Source: Pelagomonas calceolata (Eukaryota). Taken from it: a DNA stretch of 64,000 nucleotides. Positions within the stretch are counted from its first letter, which is position 1. Each line of letters begins with the position of its first letter. The position numbers were made by a program, and so were the translations under genes. The stretch covers positions 1,612,001 to 1,676,000 of the forward strand of contig CAKKNE010000003.1 of NCBI GenBank assembly GCA_918797485.1. The letters run 5' to 3'. Positions 1-11,093 of the stretch are shown piece by piece. The notes under the pieces are model-generated. The model did not search any database, had not been told where the DNA came from, and was given only the letters and a program-made list of their open reading frames with translations.

Positions 1-1185
1 CCGGATACAAACGTCATCGACGCCGAAGTGTCCAGCACTTAGGGTACCTGTTTGAATCTGCTCGCCTCGGTGGCCATTGATGTCGTGCTTGTGGACCGAA
101 TAATCTACGAAACCCCAGCCGTTGAAGCCCGCGTCGAACAATTCCATGACGTAGGCGTGGTCGTGGCAGCCCGTGTCCCTCGCGGCGCACTGGTTCGGGC
201 AGTACGCCGATTCCCCAATAGAAAAGGAGCACACCGCCGGCGATATACCGGAAGAGACCTGCTGCAACCTCCCAGCTGAATCCGCGGCCTCGACCACCCA
301 ACTACCTTGCCCCTCGAACTTGGCATCCGAATGCGCTTCAAACACGTAGCAGCCGTCCGCTAAACAGACGTCGACCGGGTCTTCATTCATTGCCGCTCCT
401 GGCGCTACGGTGCCCGTCGTGACCTCGGAGTAAGAACCCGCGATGACCGAGTACAGAGCGTAGTCCCATGTAGTGTCGTGGGGGTTCGCTACACTTATCG
501 ACCCCTTCTGCCTGACCCCACAACCCTGCGCTTGCGGATCCCGGCAATTGTACGGCGAGTTACACTCACCTTCGCACGTCGCCTTGCAGCAGTCGCCGCC
601 GTCCCAATTACACGCCGCGGTATTGTAGCACCCGTCCCGGTCGCATCTCCCATCTCCGACCCACGCCGGGTGCGGGACGTCACAACTGGTGGAGGAGCAC
701 TCCTTCGGGACCGCGGCGGGCGCGGGCGTGCCGTCCGTGTCAACGGCCTGGGCGCACGACGCCCAGACGCTACATAATAGAGTTGCGGAATGAGATGCAG
801 GATCTATATGAGGACAGAAGTCCCGGCTCTTCATGAACGTTACTATTTGTTCGCATCCCCAGTCCTCGGCGTCGTCCGGTAAATCAATATCGTCGTCGTT
901 CTCCTCCGTGACTAGTGACAGGATGCAGGGCGCGCAGCCACTGCTTGACAGGTCGGCCTCGCACTGGCCGAACGCCGTCAGGCACGCCGCGTCGTAGTCG
1001 ACGGTCTGGTCGAGGCGGCGCGTCGCCGCCTCGCGCGCGCCGAGGAGCCAGTTCGGCGCCGTGGCCGTCGCGGCGGTCGTCTCGGGCGCGCCGCGCGGCT
1101 TGGCTGCGGCTAGCGCAGACTCGGCTTTGGCCAGCCAATCGGCCCCGACGAGCGCCGGAAGCGCCAGTAGCGCTACGCGCCACAT
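1..1185 (-). CDS. Secreted cysteine-rich protein with an LNR/Notch-like domain (3' end outside window)
   Basis: Manual translation gives an open frame from ATG 1185 (MWRVALLALPALVGA, signal-peptide-like) to position 1, containing WVGDGRCDRDGCYNTAACNWDGGDCC. It is absent from the ORF track because it has no stop in the window. Confidence 0.8.
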   Translation of the reverse strand, partial: MWRVALLALPALVGADWLAKAESALAAAKPRGAPETTAATATAPNWLLGAREAATRRLDQTVDYDAACLTAFGQCEADLSSSGCAPCILSLVTEENDDDIDLPDDAEDWGCEQIVTFMKSRDFCPHIDPASHSATLLCSVWASCAQAVDTDGTPAPAAVPKECSSTSCDVPHPAWVGDGRCDRDGCYNTAACNWDGGDCCKATCEGECNSPYNCRDPQAQGCGVRQKGSISVANPHDTTWDYALYSVIAGSYSEVTTGTVAPGAAMNEDPVDVCLADGCYVFEAHSDAKFEGQGSWVVEAADSAGRLQQVSSGISPAVCSFSIGESAYCPNQCAARDTGCHDHAYVMELFDAGFNGWGFVDYSVHKHDINGHRGEQIQTGTLSAGHFGVDDVCIR

Positions 1186-1433
1186 CGTGGCAAGCGACAG
1201 CGAGCTCCTATACTCTGTGGACGACGAGCGTGGCCAGCTGCCTCGCAGGCCGAAGGCAGAGCCTGTGACCTAGCTGGCTAGTGTCTTTACAGCAGCTAGC
1301 TCGATTATTTTTGAGTTGGACTCGACGCGACGAATTGCGCGCTTCCCTGCGGCCGCGGGGGCGAGGTCTTGATATAGTCTGAATACTGAGTCCCCGGCGG
1401 CGTCGCTCGCGCTGGGGTTTGGAGATTTATCAA

Positions 1434-2465
1434 ATGGCTGAAATAATTGACAATGCTCCTCCGGCCAAACGCGCGAAGCCGGCGCCGCTCGCGGACGAGA
1501 AGGCGCCGCGGCCGCGCAACGTTCTCCTCGCCGAGTTCGAGGGCCTCGCGAAAGCGGACGCCTCCCAGGCGCTCCGCGACGCCGGCGGCGACCTCGACAA
1601 GGCGCGCGCGATCCTGCGGAGCAAACGCGAGCCGCCGGCCAAACGCGCCAACGCTTCGGACGACGACGACGCGCGGCGCCGCCAGGAAGCGGCACCTGCG
1701 TCGCCGTCCGGCACCGCCTTGCTCGCACAGCTACGCCGCGAGCGAGAGGCGAGACGCGGCCCTCCGCCCGCTCCCGCGCCGGCGCCGCCGGCGCTTCCCC
1801 GACAAACTTCCATTCAAGCGTTCGAGCTCTCCGCGGCGGCGCAGAGCGCCCGCGATGTGCCGGGCCGCATCGATCGCGGCTTCACGAAGATCGTCGACGG
1901 CGTCCTGACGGCCGGCGACGCCGCGGAACTCATTCGGCTCGCCGCGCAAAAGGGTTACCAGGTCGCGACCATCAAGGGACAAAACCGGACGCAAGCCGCG
2001 CGGCAAAAGGCCCTGAAGAAGCGCAACGGCCTGCGCTGCATGGTCAACGCGCCGCGCCTCGCGGACCAGATCTTCGATCGGTTGCGGCCGTTTCTACCCC
2101 CGCGCAAGCGGGACGGGAACGGTGCCGAGTGGCGCCTCGTGGGCCTCAACGAGCGCCTGCGGTTCCTGAAGTACAACCCGGGCATGCACTTCCTACAGCA
2201 CCCCGACGGCCACTTCTCCCGCGGGCGACGCGAGCGCTCGTTCATCACGTTGCTCCTCTACTTGAACGAGGGGTACGTCGGCGGCCACACGACCATCTGG
2301 AACCGGGTCGGCGGCCAGAGCTCGCGGCCCGAGGACGGCATTCCGGTCCCGCCGCGCGTGGGCATGGCGCTCGTCCACGACCACATCCTGCTCCACGAGT
2401 CGCCAAAGCTGCGCGTGGGCGTCAAGCACGTCATCCGGACGGACGTCATGTACGAGCGCGTATGA
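1434..2465 (+). CDS. UBA-like domain plus 2OG-Fe(II) oxygenase (prolyl-4-hydroxylase-like)
   Basis: ALRDAGGDLDKARAIL (UBA-like); LNERLRFLKY, HPD, LLYLN..GGHT, LLHES, KHVIRTDVMY. Confidence 0.8.
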   Translation: MAEIIDNAPPAKRAKPAPLADEKAPRPRNVLLAEFEGLAKADASQALRDAGGDLDKARAILRSKREPPAKRANASDDDDARRRQEAAPASPSGTALLAQLRREREARRGPPPAPAPAPPALPRQTSIQAFELSAAAQSARDVPGRIDRGFTKIVDGVLTAGDAAELIRLAAQKGYQVATIKGQNRTQAARQKALKKRNGLRCMVNAPRLADQIFDRLRPFLPPRKRDGNGAEWRLVGLNERLRFLKYNPGMHFLQHPDGHFSRGRRERSFITLLLYLNEGYVGGHTTIWNRVGGQSSRPEDGIPVPPRVGMALVHDHILLHESPKLRVGVKHVIRTDVMYERV

Positions 2466-2566
2466 GAACAACGAACGGGGCGGTGTAAGGAGTGATTGTG
2501 ATCACGATCTAGGGGAGAGAGTCGCTAATTGAGCTAGCCCCTCTGCACGGACCGAGTGAGTTTCAG

Positions 2567-2586
2567 CTAGCGGCGTAAGACACTAG
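2567..2586. promoter_or_regulatory. Representative copy of a recurrent intergenic motif CTAGCGGCGTAAGACACTAG
   Basis: Identical copy at 15232-15251 and 14 further variants, all outside coding regions; a regulatory role is inferred. Confidence 0.65.
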
Positions 2587-2774
2587 CAAGCTGGCTCGAG
2601 CTGCGGCGCGCTCGTAGTTTGTGCCCGCTGAGCACGTATAAATCACACGGTGGACGTTTCTGCACTGCGCCAACCATCACCGAACAGCTGCGAGGGCCCT
2701 GCGTGCGCTCCTACACCCCTGAGGCTGCAACCCACTGCTCCGCGAGCAGCACGCCGCGCCGCCGCGCACAAGCA

Positions 2775-3557
2775 ATGGCCGTCACCGACGCCGCCCCACC
2801 CCCATCACTAGCGCCGCCGACGCCGCTGCTAGGAATAGTGGTCGAGGTCTCGCCCAACACGACGCCGTCGTCGTCTTCCCAGAGCTACGCCAAGGTCGTG
2901 GAAGCTGTTGTAGCTTTGAGAAATGCGCACCTGCTGTGCCACCACGGCGGCGAGGTGTTAGTTGTCGCGGCTCTGCCGGGCGCGACGCAATTCATCTCGA
3001 GCGACCAACAGAACGGCGGCGCCGCGACCGCGAAACAACTGAGAGAGTGCGCCGAGCGCGCGGACTCGGAGCGAAAGACGCCGGCCGCCGTCGCCGCTGC
3101 TTTAGGAAGATTCCTCTGCTACGCTTCACGTAAAACGTCGACGGCGCGCTGCGTGCTGTTCAAGTGCGGCGAGGACGACGCCGCGCAATATCACGCGGTC
3201 ATGAATTGCCTGTTCGCGGCGCGGCGGCGGAAAATTCTCGTGGATGCCGTGTCCCTGGGCGCGAAGCCCAGTCCGCTGGCGAAGCTCTGCGCGCATCTGG
3301 CGAAAGGCGCGTTCACGCACAACCCGCCCCATCTGAGGGATAGGTTGGTGGCCGTGGCGCTGGCGACGTTCGGCGCGGACGCCGAGTGCCGGCAATCTTT
3401 GTCATTACCGGCTTTACACGAGGCCGACTTCCGAACGGCGTGCCTCTGCTGCACGCCGCCGAAGATCCTGGACCGGGGCTACGTCTGCGCGACGTGCCTG
3501 TCGGTGTACTGCCGGGCGGACCACGAGTGCCCCTGCACGAAGGCCCTGCGGAGCTAA
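2775..3557 (+). CDS. TFB4: TFIIH subunit Tfb4/p34
   Basis: vWA-like region with QYHAVMNCLFAARR; C-terminal DFRTACLCC..GYVCATCLSVYC zinc motif. Confidence 0.85.
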   Translation: MAVTDAAPPPSLAPPTPLLGIVVEVSPNTTPSSSSQSYAKVVEAVVALRNAHLLCHHGGEVLVVAALPGATQFISSDQQNGGAATAKQLRECAERADSERKTPAAVAAALGRFLCYASRKTSTARCVLFKCGEDDAAQYHAVMNCLFAARRRKILVDAVSLGAKPSPLAKLCAHLAKGAFTHNPPHLRDRLVAVALATFGADAECRQSLSLPALHEADFRTACLCCTPPKILDRGYVCATCLSVYCRADHECPCTKALRS

Positions 3558-3731
3558 GTTTATTTTGTGTTATTTTGACCTCGTGCCCCTTCTACCCTCT
3601 CTGCCCCTCCTACCCCCGGCGCTCTACCCCGTCTGCCCTCTCTGCCCCTTCTACCCCGGGCGCGGCGATGGCGTGCTTGGGAGAAAGTCCGCCGTCACGC
3701 CATCGCCGCGAGACTTTTCTAACACAGTAAC

Positions 3732-5084
3732 TTAGGATTTGAACGTGACGGCTCCGAACAGCGTCGAAACCTTCTTCTCCCCCGCGGGCTCAGCTGCGGG
3801 CTCCTTACCGGCCTCGAGGTCCTCCGCGGACGCCCGAGCCGGAGATTCGGGGGGCGGGTCGGCCGCGGTCAAGGGCCGCGACGGCGCCGCTGTTTCGGAT
3901 GCGACGGCCGTCGAAGGACGCGACGACTCGCCCGCCGTCGGCGGTCGAGACGACTCCACGGCCGTCGACGGCCGCGACGACGGCCGCGACGACGGACGTG
4001 ACGATGACGCGGCGGTCGAGGGCCGCGACGCCTCGAGGTCCGTATCAGACGCGTCGGTCGTCGTGTAGGTCTCGGCCGTCGACGGCCGCGTCTCGGCCGT
4101 GCCGGGCCGCTCGCCCTCGTCCTTCTGCAATTGAATCACGGCACGAACCGCCCGGTCGCCCTGGGCCACGTCGTTTTGGCGCGCGCGCTCGGCGCGGCGA
4201 GCCTGCCGCTTCGCGTAGCGCTCGTCCTGCTCCTTTATGCGCGCCTCGGTTTCCAATTGCCGTTGATAGTTCGACCACTTCGTGATGCGGTCGTCGGCGC
4301 GCACGCGGACTTCGTTGTCGATCTTCGCCGGAGACATAAAACCCGGTGACGCCTCCCACGGCCTTACGGAACGCGGTCCGACATAGAAGAGCGCATACAA
4401 CCAAAGGAACAAAGCGCACACGTAGAAGAACACGGCCAGGTGAAAAAACGGCGCCGCCGTTAAGGCAGCGTTCGACAATACATTAGCTACGATGCCAAAG
4501 GAGCCCACCACGGCGATCCCCACACAGTACCGCCACAATCTATTACGACGTTTGACACTTCTACGAAGTCGTCGCGGCATGGTCCTTTTATAGCACCGCT
4601 TCTTCCAGGCCTCCCGCTCCTCCACCTCGTGCCGCTGTGTTTTTTCCAGATGTGTTCGCACTTTGTCCACAACTTCTTGTTTGGCGATGGCCTCCTTCTC
4701 GGCAGCTCTCTCTTCAGCAGCAATGCGCGCGTAGTAGGTCTGCTCGAGGTGCGCGTAGTCCTTCTCTTTCAGTTTTCTTTCCCTTCTGTAGACCTGGGCT
4801 TCGTCGAGGATCTCCTTGATGCCCGCGCGCATTTGATTTGTCAATTTCTTATCTAGAATTCTTTTTTCCAGGAAATTGATATATATCGCTAACTGGTCGT
4901 CGGCCATCTGCCTCAGTCGTGATGGCATGTTACATTCCAGGTCCGACTCGTTCCGGATGTCGTCGATGAGCTCCCCAAGAGTGACGGCGCGCTTCTTGCC
5001 CGGGACGATGTTACCCCGTCGGTCGCCCTGGACTTCCACCCGTTCTGCGGTCGCGAGCTTCGTGGCGAGGCCCTCGTCGGCCAT
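3732..5084 (-). CDS. Hypothetical coiled-coil protein with two TM helices and a C-terminal RP(S/P)(T/S)A repeat tail
   Basis: 450-aa ORF with two hydrophobic segments and about 10 RPxxA-like repeats. Confidence 0.7.
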   Translation of the reverse strand: MADEGLATKLATAERVEVQGDRRGNIVPGKKRAVTLGELIDDIRNESDLECNMPSRLRQMADDQLAIYINFLEKRILDKKLTNQMRAGIKEILDEAQVYRRERKLKEKDYAHLEQTYYARIAAEERAAEKEAIAKQEVVDKVRTHLEKTQRHEVEEREAWKKRCYKRTMPRRLRRSVKRRNRLWRYCVGIAVVGSFGIVANVLSNAALTAAPFFHLAVFFYVCALFLWLYALFYVGPRSVRPWEASPGFMSPAKIDNEVRVRADDRITKWSNYQRQLETEARIKEQDERYAKRQARRAERARQNDVAQGDRAVRAVIQLQKDEGERPGTAETRPSTAETYTTTDASDTDLEASRPSTAASSSRPSSRPSSRPSTAVESSRPPTAGESSRPSTAVASETAAPSRPLTAADPPPESPARASAEDLEAGKEPAAEPAGEKKVSTLFGAVTFKS

Positions 5085-5372
5085 GGCTGCCCTTGCCTAG
5101 TTGTGGTTGTTGGGGGGGGCTCAACGGTGGACCATCTCGTCCCTGCGTGCGCTGGGCGCCCAGGGCTGCCGCTACGATGACTGTCGTCCCCTGGGGCTGC
5201 GTGTGGAGGGCGTTATTGCGGGCGCGTTGCGAGCTTGCTCCTTTCTAGTGCCTTACATGCCGCTAGCTGCGTTGCATACGCAGCGGCTCATTTGAGGCTC
5301 CTGGAACACTTACAACACACAGGACTGGTCGCAGACATAGCTGGCATAGCCACGACCCAGAGCACAAGCCAG

Positions 5373-5930
5373 ATGGCCACGCAGCGACTGCTGCGATATG
5401 CAATTGCGATAGGTTGCTGTGCAGCTCTCGTCGCGCCGCCGGCCAGGATACAGCGCTGCGCGCCGAGGCGCGCGACGGCCGAGGCCGCCGAGGCCGCGAA
5501 GATCATCACCGACAACCTCGAGGCCTTCAGCCAGGCCGCGACCGCGACGGACGCGGGATTGGCCATGGCGCGGATCTACGACGCCATCCCCAAGGACGAC
5601 TTGAGCTTGGACGCCGTGAACCCGGAGACGGGCTTCCTGGGCCAGGCCGAGCGGTTAGATGTTTTTCGTGAATTGGCGTCCAGGAGAGACGAGAGCGGCC
5701 TGTGGACGCAAGACAACGTCGAATCGTTTAAAGCCTTGCGGGCGGCGCTGGACCCGCTCCACGTGACGGACCTCAAAGGGTATTTATCATTCGCCGGGTT
5801 GTTGGGCGGCGGCTTGTACATCGCCGCGCTCTGGGTGCAGCAGACGCTGCCGGAGATCTTCCCGGCGGTGTACCTGTTCCTTGCGGCCTGTTTTTCGGCG
5901 CCCGTGCTTTTTGCGTACTTCCTGGCGTAA
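5373..5930 (+). CDS. Probable plastid-targeted small membrane protein
   Basis: Signal peptide ending AALVAPP, Arg-rich transit-like segment, two C-terminal TM helices. Confidence 0.7.
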   Translation: MATQRLLRYAIAIGCCAALVAPPARIQRCAPRRATAEAAEAAKIITDNLEAFSQAATATDAGLAMARIYDAIPKDDLSLDAVNPETGFLGQAERLDVFRELASRRDESGLWTQDNVESFKALRAALDPLHVTDLKGYLSFAGLLGGGLYIAALWVQQTLPEIFPAVYLFLAACFSAPVLFAYFLA

Positions 5931-6174
5931 GAGTGTGTCCGTATCTTTGTCCCCGAGCCGTGCCCTAGTGTCTTACAGACGCTAGCTGCTTGCGGAGCGC
6001 GACCGCTAAAAAAGGCCGTACCATCGACCGCACAGCGCCAAAATCGCTCTGTGATCCGTTTGCAGTCCCCTCCTACTGCGCTGAAAGTGATAGGCTCGCG
6101 CAAGCTCCGCAACCCTCATTGCTCTCAGTGCTCTCCCAAACTACACCAACAAAAAACGCCGTCGACGACACCAC

Positions 6175-7083
6175 ATGGAGCTCAGCCGCAGCACCGCGAA
6201 GGCCAAACGGGCCTGCGCCGACAAGGGCTACGTCGCCGACCCCTTCGCGTCCTTGCTGTGCGAGGGCGACGCCGCCGGAGATCCACTCCTGCATCGGGGC
6301 TACTACGCGCGCCACCGCGCCGTCGACGCGGCGCTGCGAAGCTTTGTGAGGTTGCACCCGCGGGGCCAGATCGTCGCGTTGGGCGCGGGTTTGGATGGCA
6401 GCTTTTGGAGGTTGAAGGCCACGGGCTGTGAATGCGCCTATTTTGAAGTAGATTCAGATCTAGTAGTGGCGGAGAAGCAGCGGTTGATAAGAAACCACCC
6501 TATTTTGATCGAGGCCGTCGGGCAGTACGCGGCCGGCGTCTCGGGCGCCGAGGACGACCGCGGCTCGTATCGACTCATTGGCGGCGATCTGCGGGATATG
6601 AGTACGGTCGCTTCGGCGCTCGAACGGGAAGGCTTGGATGCAACGAAGCCGACGCTGGTTTTGTGCGAGTGCGTCCTCGCGTACCTCGACAGCGATCGGG
6701 GCGATTCTGTGATAGCCTGGGCCCGCGCGACTTTTGTGGATGTCTTCGTCGTGTGCTACGATGTCGTGAAGACCTCAAAGGCCTTCGCGAAGGTGATGCT
6801 GGACAACTTCCGCGCGCGGGGCGCGCCTTTGCTGGGAGCGGCGGAAAGTTTAGAGGACGTGGAGAAACGCTTCGGCGCCTTCGCTTCTCGTAATGTGAGA
6901 GACATGCGGCGCGTCTACGACGCGTTGATCGCGGCCGCGCCGGACGAGCTCAAGCGCATTTCAACACTGGAGATCTTCGACGATCCCGACCAGTTCGCGC
7001 TGATCATGTCGCACTACTGCCTCGTGTTTGCTGCGTCGGGCGCCTGTGTGCCGCTCGTCGGGGCCTGTAGTGGTGCTGGGTAA
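6175..7083 (+). CDS. LCMT1: Leucine carboxyl methyltransferase (PP2A methyltransferase)
   Basis: LLHRGYYAR, QIVALGAGLD, YRLIGGDLRD, PTLVLCECVLAYL, MSHYC. Confidence 0.9.
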   Translation: MELSRSTAKAKRACADKGYVADPFASLLCEGDAAGDPLLHRGYYARHRAVDAALRSFVRLHPRGQIVALGAGLDGSFWRLKATGCECAYFEVDSDLVVAEKQRLIRNHPILIEAVGQYAAGVSGAEDDRGSYRLIGGDLRDMSTVASALEREGLDATKPTLVLCECVLAYLDSDRGDSVIAWARATFVDVFVVCYDVVKTSKAFAKVMLDNFRARGAPLLGAAESLEDVEKRFGAFASRNVRDMRRVYDALIAAAPDELKRISTLEIFDDPDQFALIMSHYCLVFAASGACVPLVGACSGAG

Positions 7084-7477
7084 TTTTTTTGCTCGATCAT
7101 CTGCGCGTCGCGTCGACGGCGTTGTGCCAGCCTTATCCCTTGTCCCCGGGCCACACGCGGCGCCCCATGTCCGGGCCCGCTATTCTCACCTGGAACTGCA
7201 TACTACGCGGTGGCTGTGGAGGAACGCGCCGCGTCGACGGGCGCGAGTTGGCGTAGAACTCAGCGCGCCATTCGTCGCGATGCGACTGGACGGCTCCCCT
7301 CCGGTACGCCATCGACGCGACAGCAAAGGATAAAATTACGCCGCCGCGGCGTAAAAGTAGCTAGGGGAACAGCTTCAGCATCGGCGCTAAGCAGCCCATC
7401 GAGCCCCGCGCCCGCCGTAAAGGAGCCCGCGGCCCCCGAACAGCTGCCCGCTTTGCGCGCGCAGCCCGTCGGGCACC

Positions 7478-8213
7478 ATGTCGAAAGGACGAGATGCGAC
7501 CACCATCACGGACAGCACGGGACGGCGTCGAATAACCAAGCTTTGGGACGGGGCAGCCGCCGCGCGCTGCGGGCGCCGCGGGGCCGGCGGAGAGGCCAAG
7601 ATTTCCTTCCCCCCTCGTGTCTGGGAGCCGCGACGGGCCGCCTCTGTATTCGACGTCGGAGATACGGTCGGGGCTGAGTTGCCGAAGGTGCCCCTGGCCG
7701 AGGGCGCGGCGCCGGGGGGAGGGCCCCCAAAGCTTCGGCGGCGGAACGGTGGACGCGACGCCGTCCTCGGGACCGCGTCGGCTCGACGGCGTTTGGTCGT
7801 GCGCTCGACGCCCTCCCCAGAGAACGGCGCCCGCGCGCTGCGAGCGGCGAGCACCCGAGGGCCCCACTTCACGCCATCGACGCGACGTAATTACGTCTGC
7901 TCGATGGCGCGCGAGCCGCCCAACACACACAAGAGAGAGAAAGTACGAGAGGCGACCGCGCCCCCCCCGCGCAGTGGACGAGCACGGCGAGATGAAGCAG
8001 GAGGCCTACAACCTCGCGGCCTACGCCGTCGAGCAGTTCGTGACCGAGATGGAGATCTCGAAGCACATCAAGGCCCAGTTCGACGAGAAGTACGGCCCGA
8101 CGTGGCACTGCATAGTAGGCTCGGACTTCAAGCTCCAGTGCACGCACGAGGCGAAGCACTTCATCTTCTTCTACCACGGCAAGACGGCCGTCGCGCTCTA
8201 CAAGTGCGGTTGA
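7478..8213 (+). CDS. Dynein light chain type 1 (LC8 family); 5' exon structure uncertain
   Basis: 3' exon (~7975-8213) encodes EISKHIKAQFDEKYGPTWHCIVGSDF...HFIFFYHGKTAVALYKCG and follows a C-rich CGCAG acceptor. ATG 7478 is the probable start, but the junctions were not resolved. Confidence 0.75.
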
Positions 8214-8291
8214 CCATGGCGGCGTTTTATCTCTGTGTGTGTGTTTTCCCTCTCCCCGTGCGCGTGCGTAATATACACGTTCACAACTCAC

Positions 8292-8455
8292 TCGTCGTCT
8301 ACATCGCGGGGGGCGCGACCTACGAGGAGGCGACGAAGGTCGCCGAGCTCAACGCCAGCGGCGGCATCCAGGTCGTGCTCGGCGGGTCGTACGTGCACAA
8401 CTCGGGGACGTTCCTGGAGGATCTGGACGACGCGTTCGGGCGGGGCGGGGTGTGA
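8292..8455 (+). pseudogene. Duplicated 3' fragment of VPS45 (last ~53 codons)
   Basis: VVYIAGGATYEEATKVAELNASGGIQVVLGGSYVHNSGTFLEDLDDAFGRGGV is identical to the C-terminus of the 13337-15037 gene; no upstream VPS45 sequence. Confidence 0.9.
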
Positions 8456-8876
8456 TAATCTTTTTCTAGTACTGGGTTCTTCTTCTACCGTCTGCGAGAC
8501 GGCCGTCGCCACCATCGATCTCATTCGTGACCGAAAGCGCTCGCGGCGTAAAGGCAAGATCGGCACGCGCGCGACGAGGCGCCGGGGCTGCCCCTCGCGC
8601 CTTGGCGCCCACGTGATCTCTCCGGGGCCGCGCGGGACCCGCGGATACGGGGCCGGTCGGGCCTTTTTTGGGCAAAAAAAAAATCAAACCCACCACCCTC
8701 CACCCTCGTCGCCAGCCCGCCCCACGCCCCCACGCCCCCCCTGCCCCAAACCCCCACAAACAAACCACCCCCCCCAAAGCCCCACACACGCGCGGGCGCA
8801 CACGCAAGCCCCAAGGGCCCCAAACGCGCGCGGGCGCGCGCACACACACGCGCGGGGCGCAAAAAGCAAAAAAAAA

Positions 8877-8978
8877 TTCCGCGATCGGGACTCGAACCCG
8901 AGTCTCTTGGGTGAAAGCCAAGTATGATAACAGTCGGGTTTTTAGCTATCGCCAAAAACACACCTACACTATAGCGGA
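8877..8978 (-). tRNA. tRNA-Glu(TTC) with D-loop intron, duplicate copy with one acceptor-stem mismatch
   Basis: Inverse copy of 12810-12911; its 3' acceptor strand reads TCGCGGA instead of TAGCGGA (position 8883). Confidence 0.8.
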
Positions 8979-10034
8979 ACAGCTCTCCATCGGTAAAAAC
9001 GCGGCGCTCAGTTGTCTGAGACTGGTGAAACGAGCGGCCGATTAGCTACTTTTTTCTGAAGCTGGGTTTGTGAACAGGCCATCGGGGAAACCCGTGATTC
9101 AGGGTTTGACCCGCTTGCCTCGCGTCAAATCGCGCTACGCTGGCGAATAAGGGAAAGCTCGCGTGCACGAACCGGGCATCGAGCCACTTCGAATCCTAGC
9201 TGCAGAAATCGTGCGGTCGCGTCCTCCCACGGATGCGCTCGGATCGTCTGACCACGGGCCGAGGCTGGAGGATGCGCACGCGGAGCCGAAGCGGTCTCGT
9301 GGGGCTTGCGCAACGAGGCGGGGCTTGGCGGAGCTCGGGCTGCTGGCGGAATTTGTGACGTGTCGCGTCGATGGCGTAAAGGGGTGCGCGTCTCCGCCCA
9401 GCCCGCAGCGCTGCAGCTCCAGCAGTCCAGGCGTGTCAGGGAGCGGGCGCGGGACATTTGCGCGATGCCCGCCCAGGGACGAAGCCGCGTCGACAGCGTC
9501 GCGGCGACGCCATCGGCTGTGCAGGGTGACGCCGCCCGAGGCGCCATCGACGCGGCCCGCGCCCGCATGATCGATCGACGCGGCTCCGTCTCGTCACCGA
9601 GCCAGATGAAGAATGTCTGCTGCAGCGCAGGATGACCACTTCACGAAAGTGTGTGTCCTAGCCCGTGCCGTTTCGACGACCCTCGCGTCTCGCCACCGCC
9701 ACCCGGACTTACCTTTGATACCGTGAACTTAGAGGCTCGAGCTACGATGCCGGGAGTCGTTGTTTGGAGGGTGTAAAATCACGCGCTGGTCTAAGGCATT
9801 GCTGTAGTCCTTGAGCTATCCCCACGCGCGGCGGGCCCAGGCGACTTCCGGCCCGGTTTCTCGTTCGGGCAAGTCCACATACGTCTCCTAAGGCTCCTCG
9901 AGACGTTTCTGGCCGCCGCCCGCGTGTTTGCAGTGTGTGCGGCGACCGAGTGCCTCACCTCCTTGCAGCTGACAAAAACAGCGTGCGCGAGGCCGCTGAT
10001 CACCCAGAGGAACCGCAGGGAGCAGCGGACGACA

Positions 10035-10658
10035 ATGCGGAGCGTCTCCATCTTGGCGCTGGCTGTCGGCGCCGGCGCGTTCGCGCCGACCACGATCACA
10101 CGACCGTCGACAGCGCTCGCCGTGCACCGACCGCGCGTCGCGGCGCCTAACACGTCCAACTTCAAAACATCAATTGCGGCTGGACGCGCGGTCGCATGGC
10201 TGGGTTACGGCCGCCGCACGGCCCCGAATTACACGCCGCGCACACCACCGCTGTAAAAGCGGATCAATAGACACCTGACCGCGCGCGGCGCCACCGGTCG
10301 TCCGTCCCGCCCGCTGGAGGCGCCGCCACACCCCCTCACACGCGACCACCGCAGGCAACTCAAGGCTGCGAAGAAGGCGAATCGGCTGCGCCCCAAGAAG
10401 AAGATGCCGTCGGACATTAACAGGAAACCGCCGCCGTACGACGTCGAGCCGCAGTATTACGAGGGCCGCCCCGACGAGTACGTCGTCGAGTCGGAGGGCT
10501 CCGACGACTTCGACAAAAACGCCCACATCGCCAAGGTGCTGGCGGACCTCGAGGCGCAGGCGGACTACGATAACACCGACGCCGCGGAGGAGGAGAAGAT
10601 CATGGCGAGCGTCAAGTACCCGGATCCGGCTGTCGCATTCGTCGCCATGGCCAAGTAG
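10035..10658 (+). CDS. PSRP6: Plastid ribosomal protein PSRP6/cL38-like; probable GC-AG intron 10133-10354
   Basis: Bipartite presequence (MRSVSILALAVGAGA-FAP); spliced product VHRPQLKAAKKANRLRPKKKMPSDINRKPPPY resembles the RPKK..DIxRxPxxY motif. Confidence 0.7.
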
Positions 10659-10738
10659 AAGAAGTAATGGCCTGTGTATTTAGCGTGGCGTGGGCCCGCA
10701 AAGCGGGCCTCAGCCGCCGTCCAGGCGGCTTGCAAGGC

Positions 10739-10945
10739 GGGCTAGCTAGTCCTCAGCACTTTTTCGTCGAGCGTATGGTGGGCTAGCTAGTCCTCCGCAC
10801 TCGCGCGACGAGCGCGCGGTGGGCTAGCTAGTCCTCAGCACTTTTTCGTCAAGCCGTGTGGCGGGCTAGCTAGTCCTCAGCACTTTTTCGTCGAGCGTAT
10901 GGCGGGCTAGCTAGTCCTCAGCACTTGCGCGACGAGCCGAGCGCG
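10739..10945. repeat. Minisatellite of 5 x ~41 bp with constant core GGGCTAGCTAGTCCTC(A/C)GCACT
   Basis: GCTAGCTAG cores at 10741, 10782, 10823, 10865 and 10906. Confidence 0.9.
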
Positions 10946-11036
10946 CGCAGGAGCGGGAATTAAGCTCTGAACTCAGGCTTCACTATTCGGGGGTCAGTCG
11001 GAGAGGTCTGTTTTCAAAAGCCATCCGACTAGGCCT

Positions 11037-11093
11037 GTATACATGTATACGATATGTATGTATATATACATATACACATATATATATATATAC
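11037..11093. repeat. (TA)n-rich microsatellite
   Basis: gtatacatgtatac...tatatatatatatac, the only such AT run seen in the window. Confidence 0.85.

Larger units (their letters stand above)
8292..9344. repeat. Left arm of a ~1.05-kb inverted duplication (partner 12445-13500)
   Basis: Reverse complement matches 12445-13500 almost throughout; differences lie in the G/C-run tract and accumulate toward the inner end. Confidence 0.95.

Noticed and set aside
3585..3660. CT(A/G)CCCC-rich degenerate repeat between convergent genes
   Set aside because: Short low-complexity 3' region with no further evidence of function.
7478..8455. 325-aa ORF appearing to fuse with the VPS45 C-terminus
   Set aside because: It reads through probable intron sequence and the wrong frame of the dynein light chain exon; this is a GC-driven open frame.
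8466..9045. ORFs over the tRNA and G/C tract (and mirror ORFs at 12827-13326)
   Set aside because: They are low-complexity translations of the tRNA gene and its flank.
10739..10945. CRISPR-like repeat-spacer array
   Set aside because: The linkers are only ~18 bp and recur (two types), there are no cas genes, and the context is eukaryotic.
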